Positions 51,621 through 64,000 of a stretch of DNA of 64,000 bases are shown here, piece by piece. The position numbers and the translations under genes are program-made. The stretch comes from the human T2T-CHM13v2.0 reference genome, Homo sapiens, in NCBI RefSeq assembly GCF_009914755.1, contig NC_060934.1. One strand, written 5' to 3'. Within the stretch, counting starts at the first letter, position 1; every line of letters starts with the position of its first letter. The notes below the pieces were generated by a model. That model searched no databases. It saw only the letters and a list, made by a program, of their open reading frames with translations, and was not told the DNA's origin.

Positions 51621-52363
51621 ACATACTAACTGATTCATACATTGCTAGACTCTCTTTCTGCATGCACTCTCTCTCATGCATATGTGTTTTACTGCAGTAC
51701 TATCTGTTTCCCCAAATAGATTAGAAGTTCCATAATGTAGGGGAAGATATTCTGCCCATATCATTGGAACCCAGCAGAATGCTTAAAAGACAGCATGCCT
51801 AAAATAAATATTTAGATAAATGGAATAGATGGATGATAAAGAAGTAAATTAAAAATTATTACACACCAACTCATTGCCCATGAAGTTTGAGTTTTTGGGT
51901 CTAACACAGACCCATATATGGGAACCTCACGACTGGATGATAATAGGGTCCTTTCTTTCAGAATCTGAAAAATTAGACTTCATATTGTTGCCAATTTTAG
52001 ATGCTCAAATCTAGCCCAGAAAGCCAATGTTTTACAAATTTGTATTTAATTCCACGGAGAATTGGAAATAACCTAAATACCCAACACTGACGTTTAATGA
52101 ATTATGATACTTCAGTACAATATAATTTTATGCAACTACTAAATTATACAACTATGTTGAATCAAGAAAAATGTTTCAAACAATATTTAACTAAAAGTAG
52201 CAGAAACAAAGTAAAATTTAGGCAAATTAATATTATATGTACTATTTAGTTACTAAAACTAATAAAGCATATTTATTTGTACTTCATGGAGCAATCTCAA
52301 AGAGATATTTTTTAGTTCTAATGTTAGTAACTAAGGGCAATTTTGTGCAAAATAACATTTTTT

Positions 52364-52655
<292 letters not shown>

Positions 52656-53179
52656 CAAAATAACATTTTTTATTAAAAAACAGAAAAAAATATTTCCAAG
52701 AATGACTCCTACCTTAAATGATAATAAGCACTGAAGAGACATTTTATGAGAAGCTTTGGTCTCATGTATAAAACTTGAAGCAAGCCTGGCATGTCAGTGA
52801 ACATTGTATGTCATGCAAATAGCATGACATATCAGTGAGCATATGACCCAGTACAAAGCAAACAACTTAATATTAGCATGTCCAAACCAGAGGACCCAGC
52901 ATGAAGATGCCTGGGACACAGCAGAGAGGAACTTTGAATACAGTCTGGTCAAACTCGTCACTTTATGGATGTGGAAACCGATGCACAGAGAAGCAAAGGG
53001 TTGTACTTCCTCCCAAACTGCTTGAGGTGCAAGAGCTGAGACAGATACTCAGGTGTCCAGAGTCTTAATTGAATGACAGAGAATTCAGCACATTCTATTT
53101 CATATATGTTGTATCCCATGATGGTCATATACTCTTATTACACTTGTTTTCCAGAGGGTGAAATTGAGGTGGATAGAGT

Positions 53180-53432
53180 GACTTAATGTGCTGGTCCAGA
53201 GTATGGCATCTCATGTGTGACTACCTAGGCTCAAACCTTTCTCATACATTTAACAAGTGTGTGACTTGGAAAAGCTGCTTAGTCTAAGACTCAGAGTCAT
53301 CTATAAAGTGGGGTCAAAAGTAACCCTAACTTATAGAATCTGTTTTGAGGATCAAATGACATAGCTTACCTAGAGCTCCTGGCAGAGCACCTGCACCTGA
53401 CAATAATTTAATCAACATTAACTGTTATTTGT
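53180..53432 (+). mobile_element. MIR
   Basis: GTGTGACTTGGAAAAGCTGCTTA...CATCTATAAAGTGGGG...GAGGATCAAATGA. Confidence 0.65.
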
Positions 53433-53677
53433 TGTTTATGTATCAATCACAGAGACCCATAGTTTGGGATTCCAAACTGATTCTACAACTTCAAGCCTGA
53501 CATTCTTTTGGAAATAACTCAGCTGTCATCTAGTGCTGACACTGCTCTAAATAAGGGAAGTGACCTTGAGTGGCTCGTTTCCTTTCTCTGAGAGTCTCCC
53601 TCACCTTTGGGATGAAATGTGGGTTCTTGGGGCTGGGCTTGATGACCTCTGAGATTGCTTCTAGCTCTAGGATGCAA

Positions 53678-54470
53678 TTGATTCATTTGTTCATTCATTC
53701 ACCTGTGCATTCCTTCCTGAGTGTCACCATGTAAAATGTGTGGCCTCGGGAACATATGGGTGCAGAGATGAACCTGCCCCAAAGGCAGCTTAGATAAGAT
53801 GCACAATACAATGCATAGTCTGGAAGAAAATGAAATGTGCTATTAGAGGAGAGAGAGAGAGATGCAGACCTTTGGGGCTTCAGAAGGGGGTCATCTACTT
53901 TGAGTGTGTGGAGGTAGGGGAGATTAAGTGGAAAAGGGAGCTTTCAGTGAAGATCAGTGGATGTGGTCATGTGGAATTTCAGACAGAAGAATGTATGCAT
54001 TCAAAGAAATGGAAACGGCCCCATGGGCCATGCAGCAGAGGAGCCAGCGGTCCAGATGAGCAGGAGGAACACTGGAGAAAAAGCCTGGAGAGGGAGGCAG
54101 GCCCACACCTTGAGGACTTCAAATGCAGGGGAGGTTGAATGACGTGAATTAGCACAGAGAAGGGATGGGCAGTCTGGAACAGGGAGGCCTGGGCTGGGGT
54201 AGATCTATGAGAACAAGGATGAAGAAGATAAGGAAAGAAGGAACTAGGAGGACTCTGCCCTTCTAACTGTGGGACCTGGAGACTGGGGATGTGACTAACG
54301 TTGTTCAATAGCCCCGAGGAGGAGCAGGCTGGAGAGGAGAAACTGACGGAGCCCTGCTGGGAAACTGCTAAGTGTGGGTGTGCATGGGGACATCAGGCCA
54401 GTCAGTGGCCAGGAGGAAAACAGACCCCAGGAGCCAAATCTCTGCAGGGAGGCCAGGGCTAACTGCACAT
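53678..54470 (-). mobile_element. L2 3' fragment, highly diverged
   Basis: ATTCATTTGTTCATTCATTC tail followed by a purine-rich L2-like body. Confidence 0.55.
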
Positions 54471-54494
54471 CTGCTCAGTAATTTCATCCTCAAA

Positions 54495-56135
<1,641 letters not shown>

Positions 56136-56442
56136 GTATCCAGTAAAATTATCCTTCGAAATTAAGGAGAAATAAAAACTTTCTCAAACAAAAAGTAAAG
56201 CAACTCATTACTGGCAAACCTGTCCTCCAACAAATTCCTCAGGTGGAAGGAAAATTATATAGGTGAGAAACTCAAATCTACATAAAGAAAGGAAGAGAGT
56301 TGGAGAAGAAATAAATGAAGGTAAAAGAAAATCTTTTATTTTTCTTATTTTAATTGGCCTAAAAGATATCTGTTTAAAGTGAAAATAGTAACAATTATTG
56401 GATGACTGTGGCATACAAACAGTGAAATAAATGAGTGACAGT
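56136..56442 (+). mobile_element. Old L1M ORF1 3' end fragment
   Basis: TATCCAGTAAAATTATCCTTCGAAATTAAGGAGAAATAAAAACTTTCTCA (YPVKLSFEIKEK), homologous to 28800-29100. Confidence 0.7.
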
Positions 56443-57952
56443 TGTCATCTCACATCAAGGCCAGGATCTCCTTGACTGTGCCTGGAACACCCTTGTTCTC
56501 CACAGAGAGCTGCCTCTACTATCATCCTCACAGCCTCTGATACGCTCTGAGAGAACAAGGTGCAGGGCCTGTTCCCTGCTGGAGCTCTTCCCTGTATGCA
56601 CATGTTTTTTCTGGGGACCATTTGCCTAATTCATCTCAGAAATGAGTGCTGGAACCCTCCACTGACTGCCATTGAGTGATTTGGGGTACAGCCCTCCAAG
56701 CTCTCATATATGGCAGTTGCTGAAGGTGTGTAGATTCCCTGTTTAACTCAGTTAAAGGGGTGGGGATGACTGGCCCCAAAGATGTTCTCCTGGAGGAGAT
56801 GGGGAAGGAGGGCCTGGCCTGCCACCCCGTACCATCCACCAGCATAATGCTTTCTTAATAGATGGAGGAGGGGCCACAGGGAACTCCAAAGATCTATGAG
56901 CAATAACAACACTTACCACAAATTCCACACTCATGTGGGTTTAGCCATCTGGGGCTATTACCTCTTACTCAACACTGAAGGCCAGAGTGAAATGTCCCTG
57001 GAACCTGAAAACACATGTTTCTTCTGAGACTCAGAAGAAATAAATGGAAGAAATGTTTTCTCATTTTTAGCAATTGTTACAAGAATTCTTTATTCAGAAG
57101 GGACTTGGCTTTTTTGGGGAAATGGTTTAATAAGCCTATTGAGGGGATAGAAATGAGCTTCCAGGACCTGGGTTTTGGGCCCATGCCTAGTTTTCATGAG
57201 GAAGAAAAAAGCTTCTCTGCCTAGTACATGGGAGGGGAGGAATGTGATGTTCCTACAGAGACAAGTCCAGGAGGGAAGTGGAGAGAGAAGAATCAAACCG
57301 CGTGGGAAGGCATGATTAAGAACAACAGGGCTCTGGAGTGACAGAAAATCGAAAAAGGCCAAAGAGCAATGTCTGATTTTCCTTTTTTTTATCACAATGG
57401 GGTTGGATGACGTAACACTTCTCTGCCATTGCCTTGACAAAATTGTTCCTGCTTTTGGACATGTGGATTGCGGCTGGGGAATTATGAAGCCAAAAGGGAA
57501 CTCCAGGCAGCAGCAGGCTGTGTCTGTGTGGTTGATGAGATGAGCTCTCTGCAGGAGTCACTAGGTAGAGCAGGTGGGTTTTTCTTTTGTTCCTCTCTCA
57601 AGGCAGGATGAGTGAAGCCTAGAAGTCACCTAAGTCTTGACTGAAAAGGAGCTGTGACAATCATCAACGTATCTGAGTTAACGAAAGCGTGAAAACCTCA
57701 CAGTACCAGCATGCCCCTGTGTTTAGAAGAGCTGGCTAAACTTTCTCTGGCTTCAAGAAAAAGCACAATTGACTAATTTGTCCATTCTGGAAGTCTGTAT
57801 TCATGGTCCTGTAAATAGAATAGACCCATCCAGAAAAGCCCTTGGAGAGAAGAGAGCCAGAGAAAGCCAATATTTCAGAATGAATGGTTCTGTTTGAAGA
57901 GCTTTGTATGGCAAATGAGGGTTAAAAATTTTTCCCCACCTTTCCTTTACAG

Positions 57953-58135
57953 CAGTGATTTTTGAGGTGTGGATTTTTAACAGCTGCAGCAGCAGCATCA
58001 CCTGGAACCTGCTGGCATTGCAAATTATTGGGCTCCATTCCAGACCCACTGAGTCAGAAAGCCTGGGTATGGGGTCCAGAGATCTGTTATAGAACAAGTT
58101 CTTCCAGTGCAAGCTAAAGTTTGAGAACAATTGCT
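57953..58135. mobile_element. MER5A hAT-Charlie MITE
   Basis: CAGCAGCATCACCTGG...TGCAAATTATTGGGCTCC...CTAAAGTTTGAGAACAATTG. Confidence 0.8.
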
Positions 58136-58420
58136 CTAAAGCAGAGGATCTTAAATTGAATTCAGGGATTTGTGAAACCAATGGGAAAAAAATATATACC
58201 GTTATTTTTACCACCATTTAACTGAAAGTTAGCATTTCCTTCTGTTGTGAACACAGTCCGAAAAGCACAGTAGGATTGACAGCACTGGGGCTTTTTCGCC
58301 AACAGAAACCTTTTTATAGCAGCTTTATTCAGATATAATTTGCATATAATACAATTCGTCCATTTAAAATGTATAATTCAATAGTTTTTAATACAATTAC
58401 AAAATTATGCACTAAGCACC

Positions 58421-59239
58421 TGTAATGGTTAATTTTGTGTGTCAACTTGACTAAGCCAAGGAATGCCCAGATAGCTGGTAAAAACCTTATTTCTGGGTGT
58501 GTGTGGGGGTGTTTCCAGAAGAAATTAGACTTTGAATTGGTGGACAAAGTGAAGAAGACTCACTGTCACCATAATAGGTAGTCATCATTTGAATCTGTTG
58601 GGGCTTAAATAGAACAAAAACAGAGAGAAAGAGAAAGATCAAATTTTCTTCGTGAGCTGAGACATCCATCTTCTTCTGCCCTCAAGTATCTAAGCTCTGG
58701 CTCTGGGGCCTTCAGACTCCTGGACTTACAACAGTGGCCTTCCATCCCCCAGCTCCCCACCCTGCTTCTCAAGCCTTCAAATTAGTATGGAATTAAACGT
58801 CAGCTTTTCTGAGTCTCCAGGTTATACTGCAGATTCTGAGACTTCTCAGCCTCCATAATCTTATGAGCCAATTCCCACAATAAATATCTCTATATCTCTG
58901 TCTCTCTTTATATATATATAAATATTTATTATATTCAGATATATATAGGAAAAAACATATACCATTAATTTTACTAACATTTTACTGAAAGTTAGCATTT
59001 TCTTCTGTTGTGAACATAGCCCAGAAAGCACAGTAAAATTGACAACACTGGGGCATCAATCAATCAGTCAATCAACCAATCATCAATACACCAATCATCA
59101 ATCATCTAGCTATCAATCTCTATCTACCTGTCTATCTATCTATCTATCTATCCATCTATCTATCTATCTATCATCTATCCATCTATCTCTATCATCTATA
59201 TCTCCTATTGGTTCTGTTTCTCTGTAGAATGCTAACACA
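58421..59239 (+). mobile_element. MLT2 (ERVL) solo LTR with internal TA/TCTA microsatellite and an extra inserted segment
   Basis: TGTAATGGTTAATTTTGTGTGTCAACTTGACT ... TCTCCTATTGGTTCTGTTTCTCTG..CTAACACA; 5-bp TSD GCACC/GGACC. Confidence 0.88.
59055..59200. repeat. Compound (ATCA)n/(TCTA)n microsatellite
   Basis: Read directly from the sequence. Confidence 0.9.
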
Positions 59240-60854
59240 GGACCACAATCAAACTTGAACATTGTCCTCACCACAAAAGGAAACTTCATGTCTATTGCCA
59301 TGCTCCATCATCCCCCTCCCCTACTTTAAGCAGCCACTTATCTACTTTCCATCTTTTTAGATTTGAGGATTCTGAACATGTCATATAAATAAATAGAATT
59401 ATATAATACATGATATTTTGTAATTGACTTTTCCACTTAGCATAATGCTTTAAAGTTCATCCATGTTGTTGCATGTATCAGTATGTCATTTCTTTTTTTT
59501 TGTCAAGTAATATTTCACTGTATGGATATCTAACATTTTATGTATCTATTCATTAATTGATGGACATTTGGATTGTTTCTACTTTTTGGCTATTGTGAAT
59601 AAAGTTGCCATTAAAAATGTCTGTATAATACAAGTTTTTGTGTAATCATATGTTTTTATTTCTCTTCATGTTTAACGATTTGAGGAGCTGCCAGACTGTT
59701 TTGAAAAGTGGCTGCACTGTATTACATTTCCACCAGCAATGTATGAAGGCTCAAAATTTTCCGCATCTTCATCAACACATTGTTTTCCGACTTTCTAAAA
59801 TTACAACCATCCTAATATGTGGAGTAGTATCTCATTGTGGTTTTGATTTGCATTTCCTTGATCACTAATGATGTTGAGCATACTGTCATAAGTTTATTGC
59901 CTATTTATATATCTTCTTTAAAGAAATTTATATTAAGATTCTTTGACCACGTTTAATTGGGCTTTTTTTATTACTGAGTTGTAAGAGTTCTTTGTTTATT
60001 CCAGGTACAAGTAACCTATTATATACATAATTTGCAAATATTTTCTGTCATTCTGTGGATTGCATTTTTACTTTTTAATATTACCCTTTGAAGCACGAAA
60101 GTTTCTAAGTTTGTTAGAGTTCAATTTACTTATTTTTAGTTTGTTGCTTGTGGTTTGGTATCTTACATAAGAAATCATTTCCTAATCCAAGGTGACAAAA
60201 ATTGATGTCTATGCTTTCTTCTAACATTTTATAGAATTAAGCCTTACGTTTAGGTCTTTCATTCATTTTGAGTTAAATTTTGAATATGGTGTGAGATAGG
60301 GATCCAACTTTATTCTTTTTCATGTGGATATCTAGTTGTCCCAACACCATTTGAAGAGACGATTCTTTTCACAATAAATTGTCTTAGCATCTTTGATGAA
60401 AATCAGTTGTACATAAAGGTGAGAGTTTATTTCTGGTCTCTCAGTTCTGTTCTAGTGATCTTTATGTCTATCTGTATGTTAGTACCACACTGTCTTTATT
60501 ATTATAGCTTTGTAATAAGTTGTGAAGTTGGGAAGTGCGAGTCCTCCAACATTTTTCTCCTTTGTAAAAACTATTTTGGCTATCCTGCATTCCAGGTATT
60601 TTGATATGGATTTTATTAGAAGCTTGTCAAGTTCTGCAAAATAGGCAACTGGAATTTTAATGGGGATTGCATTGAATCTGTAGATTGTTTTTGGTAGTAT
60701 CTTAACAAAACTTAACAATATTAAATCTTGCAATCCATAAACATAGGATGTCTTCCCATTTATTTAGAGATTTGGAAATTTTTTTCAATAATGCTTGTTG
60801 TTTTCAGAGTATAAGTTTGCACTTCTTTTGTTTATTTGATTCCTGTATATTCCT

Positions 60855-62680
60855 GTAAGGTCTATACATCCCACTTGAAGTTGTACAACATTGATTAAAA
60901 ATAGATTTTTAAACATTAAATATGTCTACTGTAATCCTTAGAGCAACCACAAAAACAAACAAACAGAGAAACAAAACTGAAACAAAACAAAGAGGTATGG
61001 TCAAAATACAACAGATAAATAAAAATGGAATATTTTAAAAATGTTCAACTATCCCAAAAGAAAGCTGGAAAGAGGAACAAAGAAATGGAAAGCAGAGGTA
61101 ATACACAGAAATAAAATATAAAATGGTAAACCTAAATCCAAACATATCAATAATTACATCAAATGTAAAGTGTCTAAGCATCCAATTAAGACACATAGAT
61201 TTTCAGAATGAATAAACAAACATATGACCCAATTATATGCTGTCTATAATGATAATGATACAAGCAGATTAAAAGTAAAAGAATGGAAAAATATAGACCA
61301 TGCAAGCTTTAATCTAATGCTGGAATGATTATATTAATATCAAAATAGGCTTCAGAGCAAAGAAAATTACCAGGGACAAAGAGGGATATTCCATAACCAT
61401 AAGAGTCAATTTACCAAGAAGACATAACATTCAAGGTGTATAAAAACTAAAAACAGAGCTTAAAAAAATAAAGCAAAAACTGTCAGAAATAAAGTATTAA
61501 TAAACAAACTTGCAAGCATAGTTTTGAGACTTCAACTCTCTCAGTAATGGATAGAACTAATGGAAAGGGAATCGGCAAGGATAGAGAAGATCTGAACTGA
61601 ACCTTTAACCAAATGAATTTAATGGACATTTATAAAATTCTCCACCTAAACAAAGCGGGATGTACATTTCAGGGGAAGGCAGGAAATATTTTGAACTGAG
61701 GAAAAATGAAAATACAGCATATTATATCTACAGAACGTGGGTAGAGTGCTGAGAGGAAATTTATGGAATTAAAGGCTAATGTTGGAAAAGAAGAAAAATT
61801 TCAAATAAATAATCTAAGATTTTATCTCCAGACTCTAGGAAAAGAAGTATAAAATAATCCCAAAGCAAGCAGAAGCAAGAAAATAATGAAGATAAGACCA
61901 GAAATAAATAAAATTTAAAATATAAAACTAATAGAGAAAAATTGATAAAACCAAAAGCTAGTTCTTTAAAAAGATAAACTTCTAAAAGATCGATGAAGAT
62001 GAAAGGAGAAGAGGCACAACTTATTAGCATACGAATGAAAGAAGGCATATTGCTACAAACACTGCAGACATTCAAATAATAATGAGAGAATATTATGAAC
62101 AATTTTATGTTCATAAATTTGACAACTTAAAAGAAATGGACCAATTCCAGCTGGGCATGGTGGCTCATGCCTGTAATTCCAGTGCTTTGGGAGGCTGAGG
62201 TGGGCGGACGGCTTGAGCTCAGGAGTTTGAGACCAGTCTGGGCAATATGGTTAAATCCCATTTCTACAAAAAATATAAAAAATTTTCCCGGGGGGTGGTG
62301 GCATGCAACTGTAGTCCAAGCCACTCAGGGGCTTGAGAGTGGGAGGTAGAGGTTCCAGTGAGCCAAGGATCACACTATTGCACTCCAGCCTGGGCAACAC
62401 AGCAAGACGCTGTCTCAAAAAATACATAAATAAAAAAAAATGGACCAATTCCTTGAATACCAAAAATTATCAAAACTCACTCAAAATTAAATAGACAATC
62501 TGTATAAAACAAGTTGACTTTGTAGTTGAAACTCTTCTGAAAAAGAATTGTCTAGGCCCAGATAATTTCACTCGAAAATTTGAATAAATATTTTAAGAAG
62601 AAATACATAAGACCAATTTTACTCAATCTCTTTCATAAAATAGAAGAGGGGAGAACACGTCCAAATTCATTTTATAAATG
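60855..62680 (+). mobile_element. Old L1M inter-ORF/ORF2 5' fragment, interrupted by AluJ
   Basis: Degenerate EN/Z-domain sequence (AATAATTACATCAAATGTAAA..., GAATATTATGAACAATTTTATG..., CTAGGCCCAGATAATTTCACT). Confidence 0.75.
62149..62437 (+). mobile_element. AluJ with a short deletion in the right arm
   Basis: GCTTGAGCTCAGGAGTTTGAGACCAGTCTGGGCAA; 15-bp TSD AAATGGACCAATTCC (62134-62148 / 62438-62452). Confidence 0.9.
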
Positions 62681-62762
62681 GTGACAACCATCTATAAAAC
62701 GACCCAAAGGTTATTCCCTGGGGAATGAGACAAGGACAAGAAATCTCTCTCTCTGTCTCTCC

Positions 62763-62788
<26 letters not shown>
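62763..62788. repeat. (AT)13 microsatellite
   Basis: Perfect dinucleotide run. Confidence 0.95.
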
Positions 62789-62793
<5 letters not shown>

Positions 62794-64000
62794 CTTAAGC
62801 CTTTTTTGGAGGGCAGAGTAATTTGATTTTTAATTATGTACATGCATTACCTTGATTATAATGTGATTAAATATAAGTATCCTGGTTGCAGGCCTGAGAA
62901 ACATCCAGCATAAATGTCAGCTCTCTTGCCCCATGGACTCTACCCTGGAAGCCCCGTAACCTGGCTGTCATTTTCTCTTTTCTCATCTTAAAATCTCTTT
63001 ATCTCCCAACAACTGCAGAGCTGTCTCAGAGTACTTTCCACTGCAGGTCATTTGACTTGTCTCTTCTCAGCTTTCTCTCTCTCTTTTTTTTTTTTTTTTT
63101 GTTTGCTAATTTCCCCTAAAGGAGGTCCTTGGTCCACCAAATTCATGTGAGTTCAGAGTTTTTTTCCACAATCAGCCTCAGGAGAACAATCAATGAGGTC
63201 TTAGAAAAGAATTCACATCGAGGAAATCCCCTTTGAGCTGACTGCATGAATTCCAGTTCCGTTCGTGATTTCATGCTTGCCAAGCACCAAGAGTGTATCA
63301 GGGGACTCATAGAGAGGGCAGTTGGGGCACACATGGGAGGTCATGACACCATGAATTGGGAAACTGCACTGGCCAGCGGTGTGACTGACCTTGGGAAAGT
63401 GTCCATTTCGGGTAGGTGAGAGGGGCTGCGCCATGCTATGCAACCCACTTGGGAGGATTATGAAAGTTTGGGGGCAGCATGGAGTTAAAAGTTCTCAGAC
63501 ATGAGATAATCCCATGGCCATTGCTCAACCTGGATGGAGCCCAGGATAAAGGAGTCAGAACCACATAGAATGGACTGAAGGTCCATTCTCATCTCAGGAA
63601 GGAGATCTGGTTGGCAGAAGCGGTCCTTGTGAAGAACAAGATGTTTTTGAAAACACTCTGAGCCACTTGTTCATGCCAGATGTCACTGCATGGATCTCAG
63701 CCTTATCCGTAGCCCAATGCAGAGGCTTACCAGCCCTTTCAGAAACCTTGGTACAGGTGGCTGTTTTTGACACACTGAAATGTGCAGTGACAGTAGCAAA
63801 GATTGGGGGTGGTCTGGCTGATTTCACATCTGAGGGCTGATTTCTCCCATGTTTGGTCAGTGTTTGGGCATAATCCGAGGCACCTCAAGCCTTGCTCAGG
63901 CATTGCTCTATGGGAACAGAACATCTGCTACTCACCACAGGCAGCCCAGTGGAGAAGCTGTGAGGTTACTGGGTAGAACCTCTCTTGAGGGGTCTGCTGT

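Larger units (their letters stand above)
58310..60850 (-). mobile_element. L1MB7/8-like LINE-1 3' part, interrupted by an MLT2 LTR
   Basis: CAGCTTTATTCAGATATAATTTGCATATAATACAATTC 3'UTR end; ORF2 remnant (ILPKTIYRFNAIPIKIP...YYKAIIIKTVWY). Confidence 0.8.

Overview
Human genomic DNA; the species call rests on a human-specific AluYb8 at 12704-13003. The window is very repeat-dense intergenic or intronic sequence with no protein-coding gene, RNA gene or CpG island that I can recognise. All long ORFs in the track are decayed LINE-1 ORF1/ORF2 pieces, their antisense shadows, or chance ORFs. Three primate L1PA copies dominate: copy A, an internal L1PA5-like fragment (7924-10648, -); copy B, a full-length L1PA6-like element (21744-27898, +); and copy C, a full-length L1PA3/4-like element (37551-43727, -). 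They are nested in older L1M elements, together with Alus, LTRs, DNA transposon fossils, MIR/L2 and two minisatellites. I found no new gene system. The most interesting signals are DNA-repair and recombination scars. (i) Copy A is doubly truncated, has no tail and shows microhomology junctions. (ii) The inverted neighbours A/B and B/C share non-consensus variants in patches although they belong to different subfamilies, which suggests local gene conversion. (iii) Two locally templated insertions occur at 28617-28731 and 58948-59054. Subfamily names and 'consensus' bases come from my recollection of Repbase/Dfam consensi and need RepeatMasker confirmation. Boundaries of old elements are approximate.
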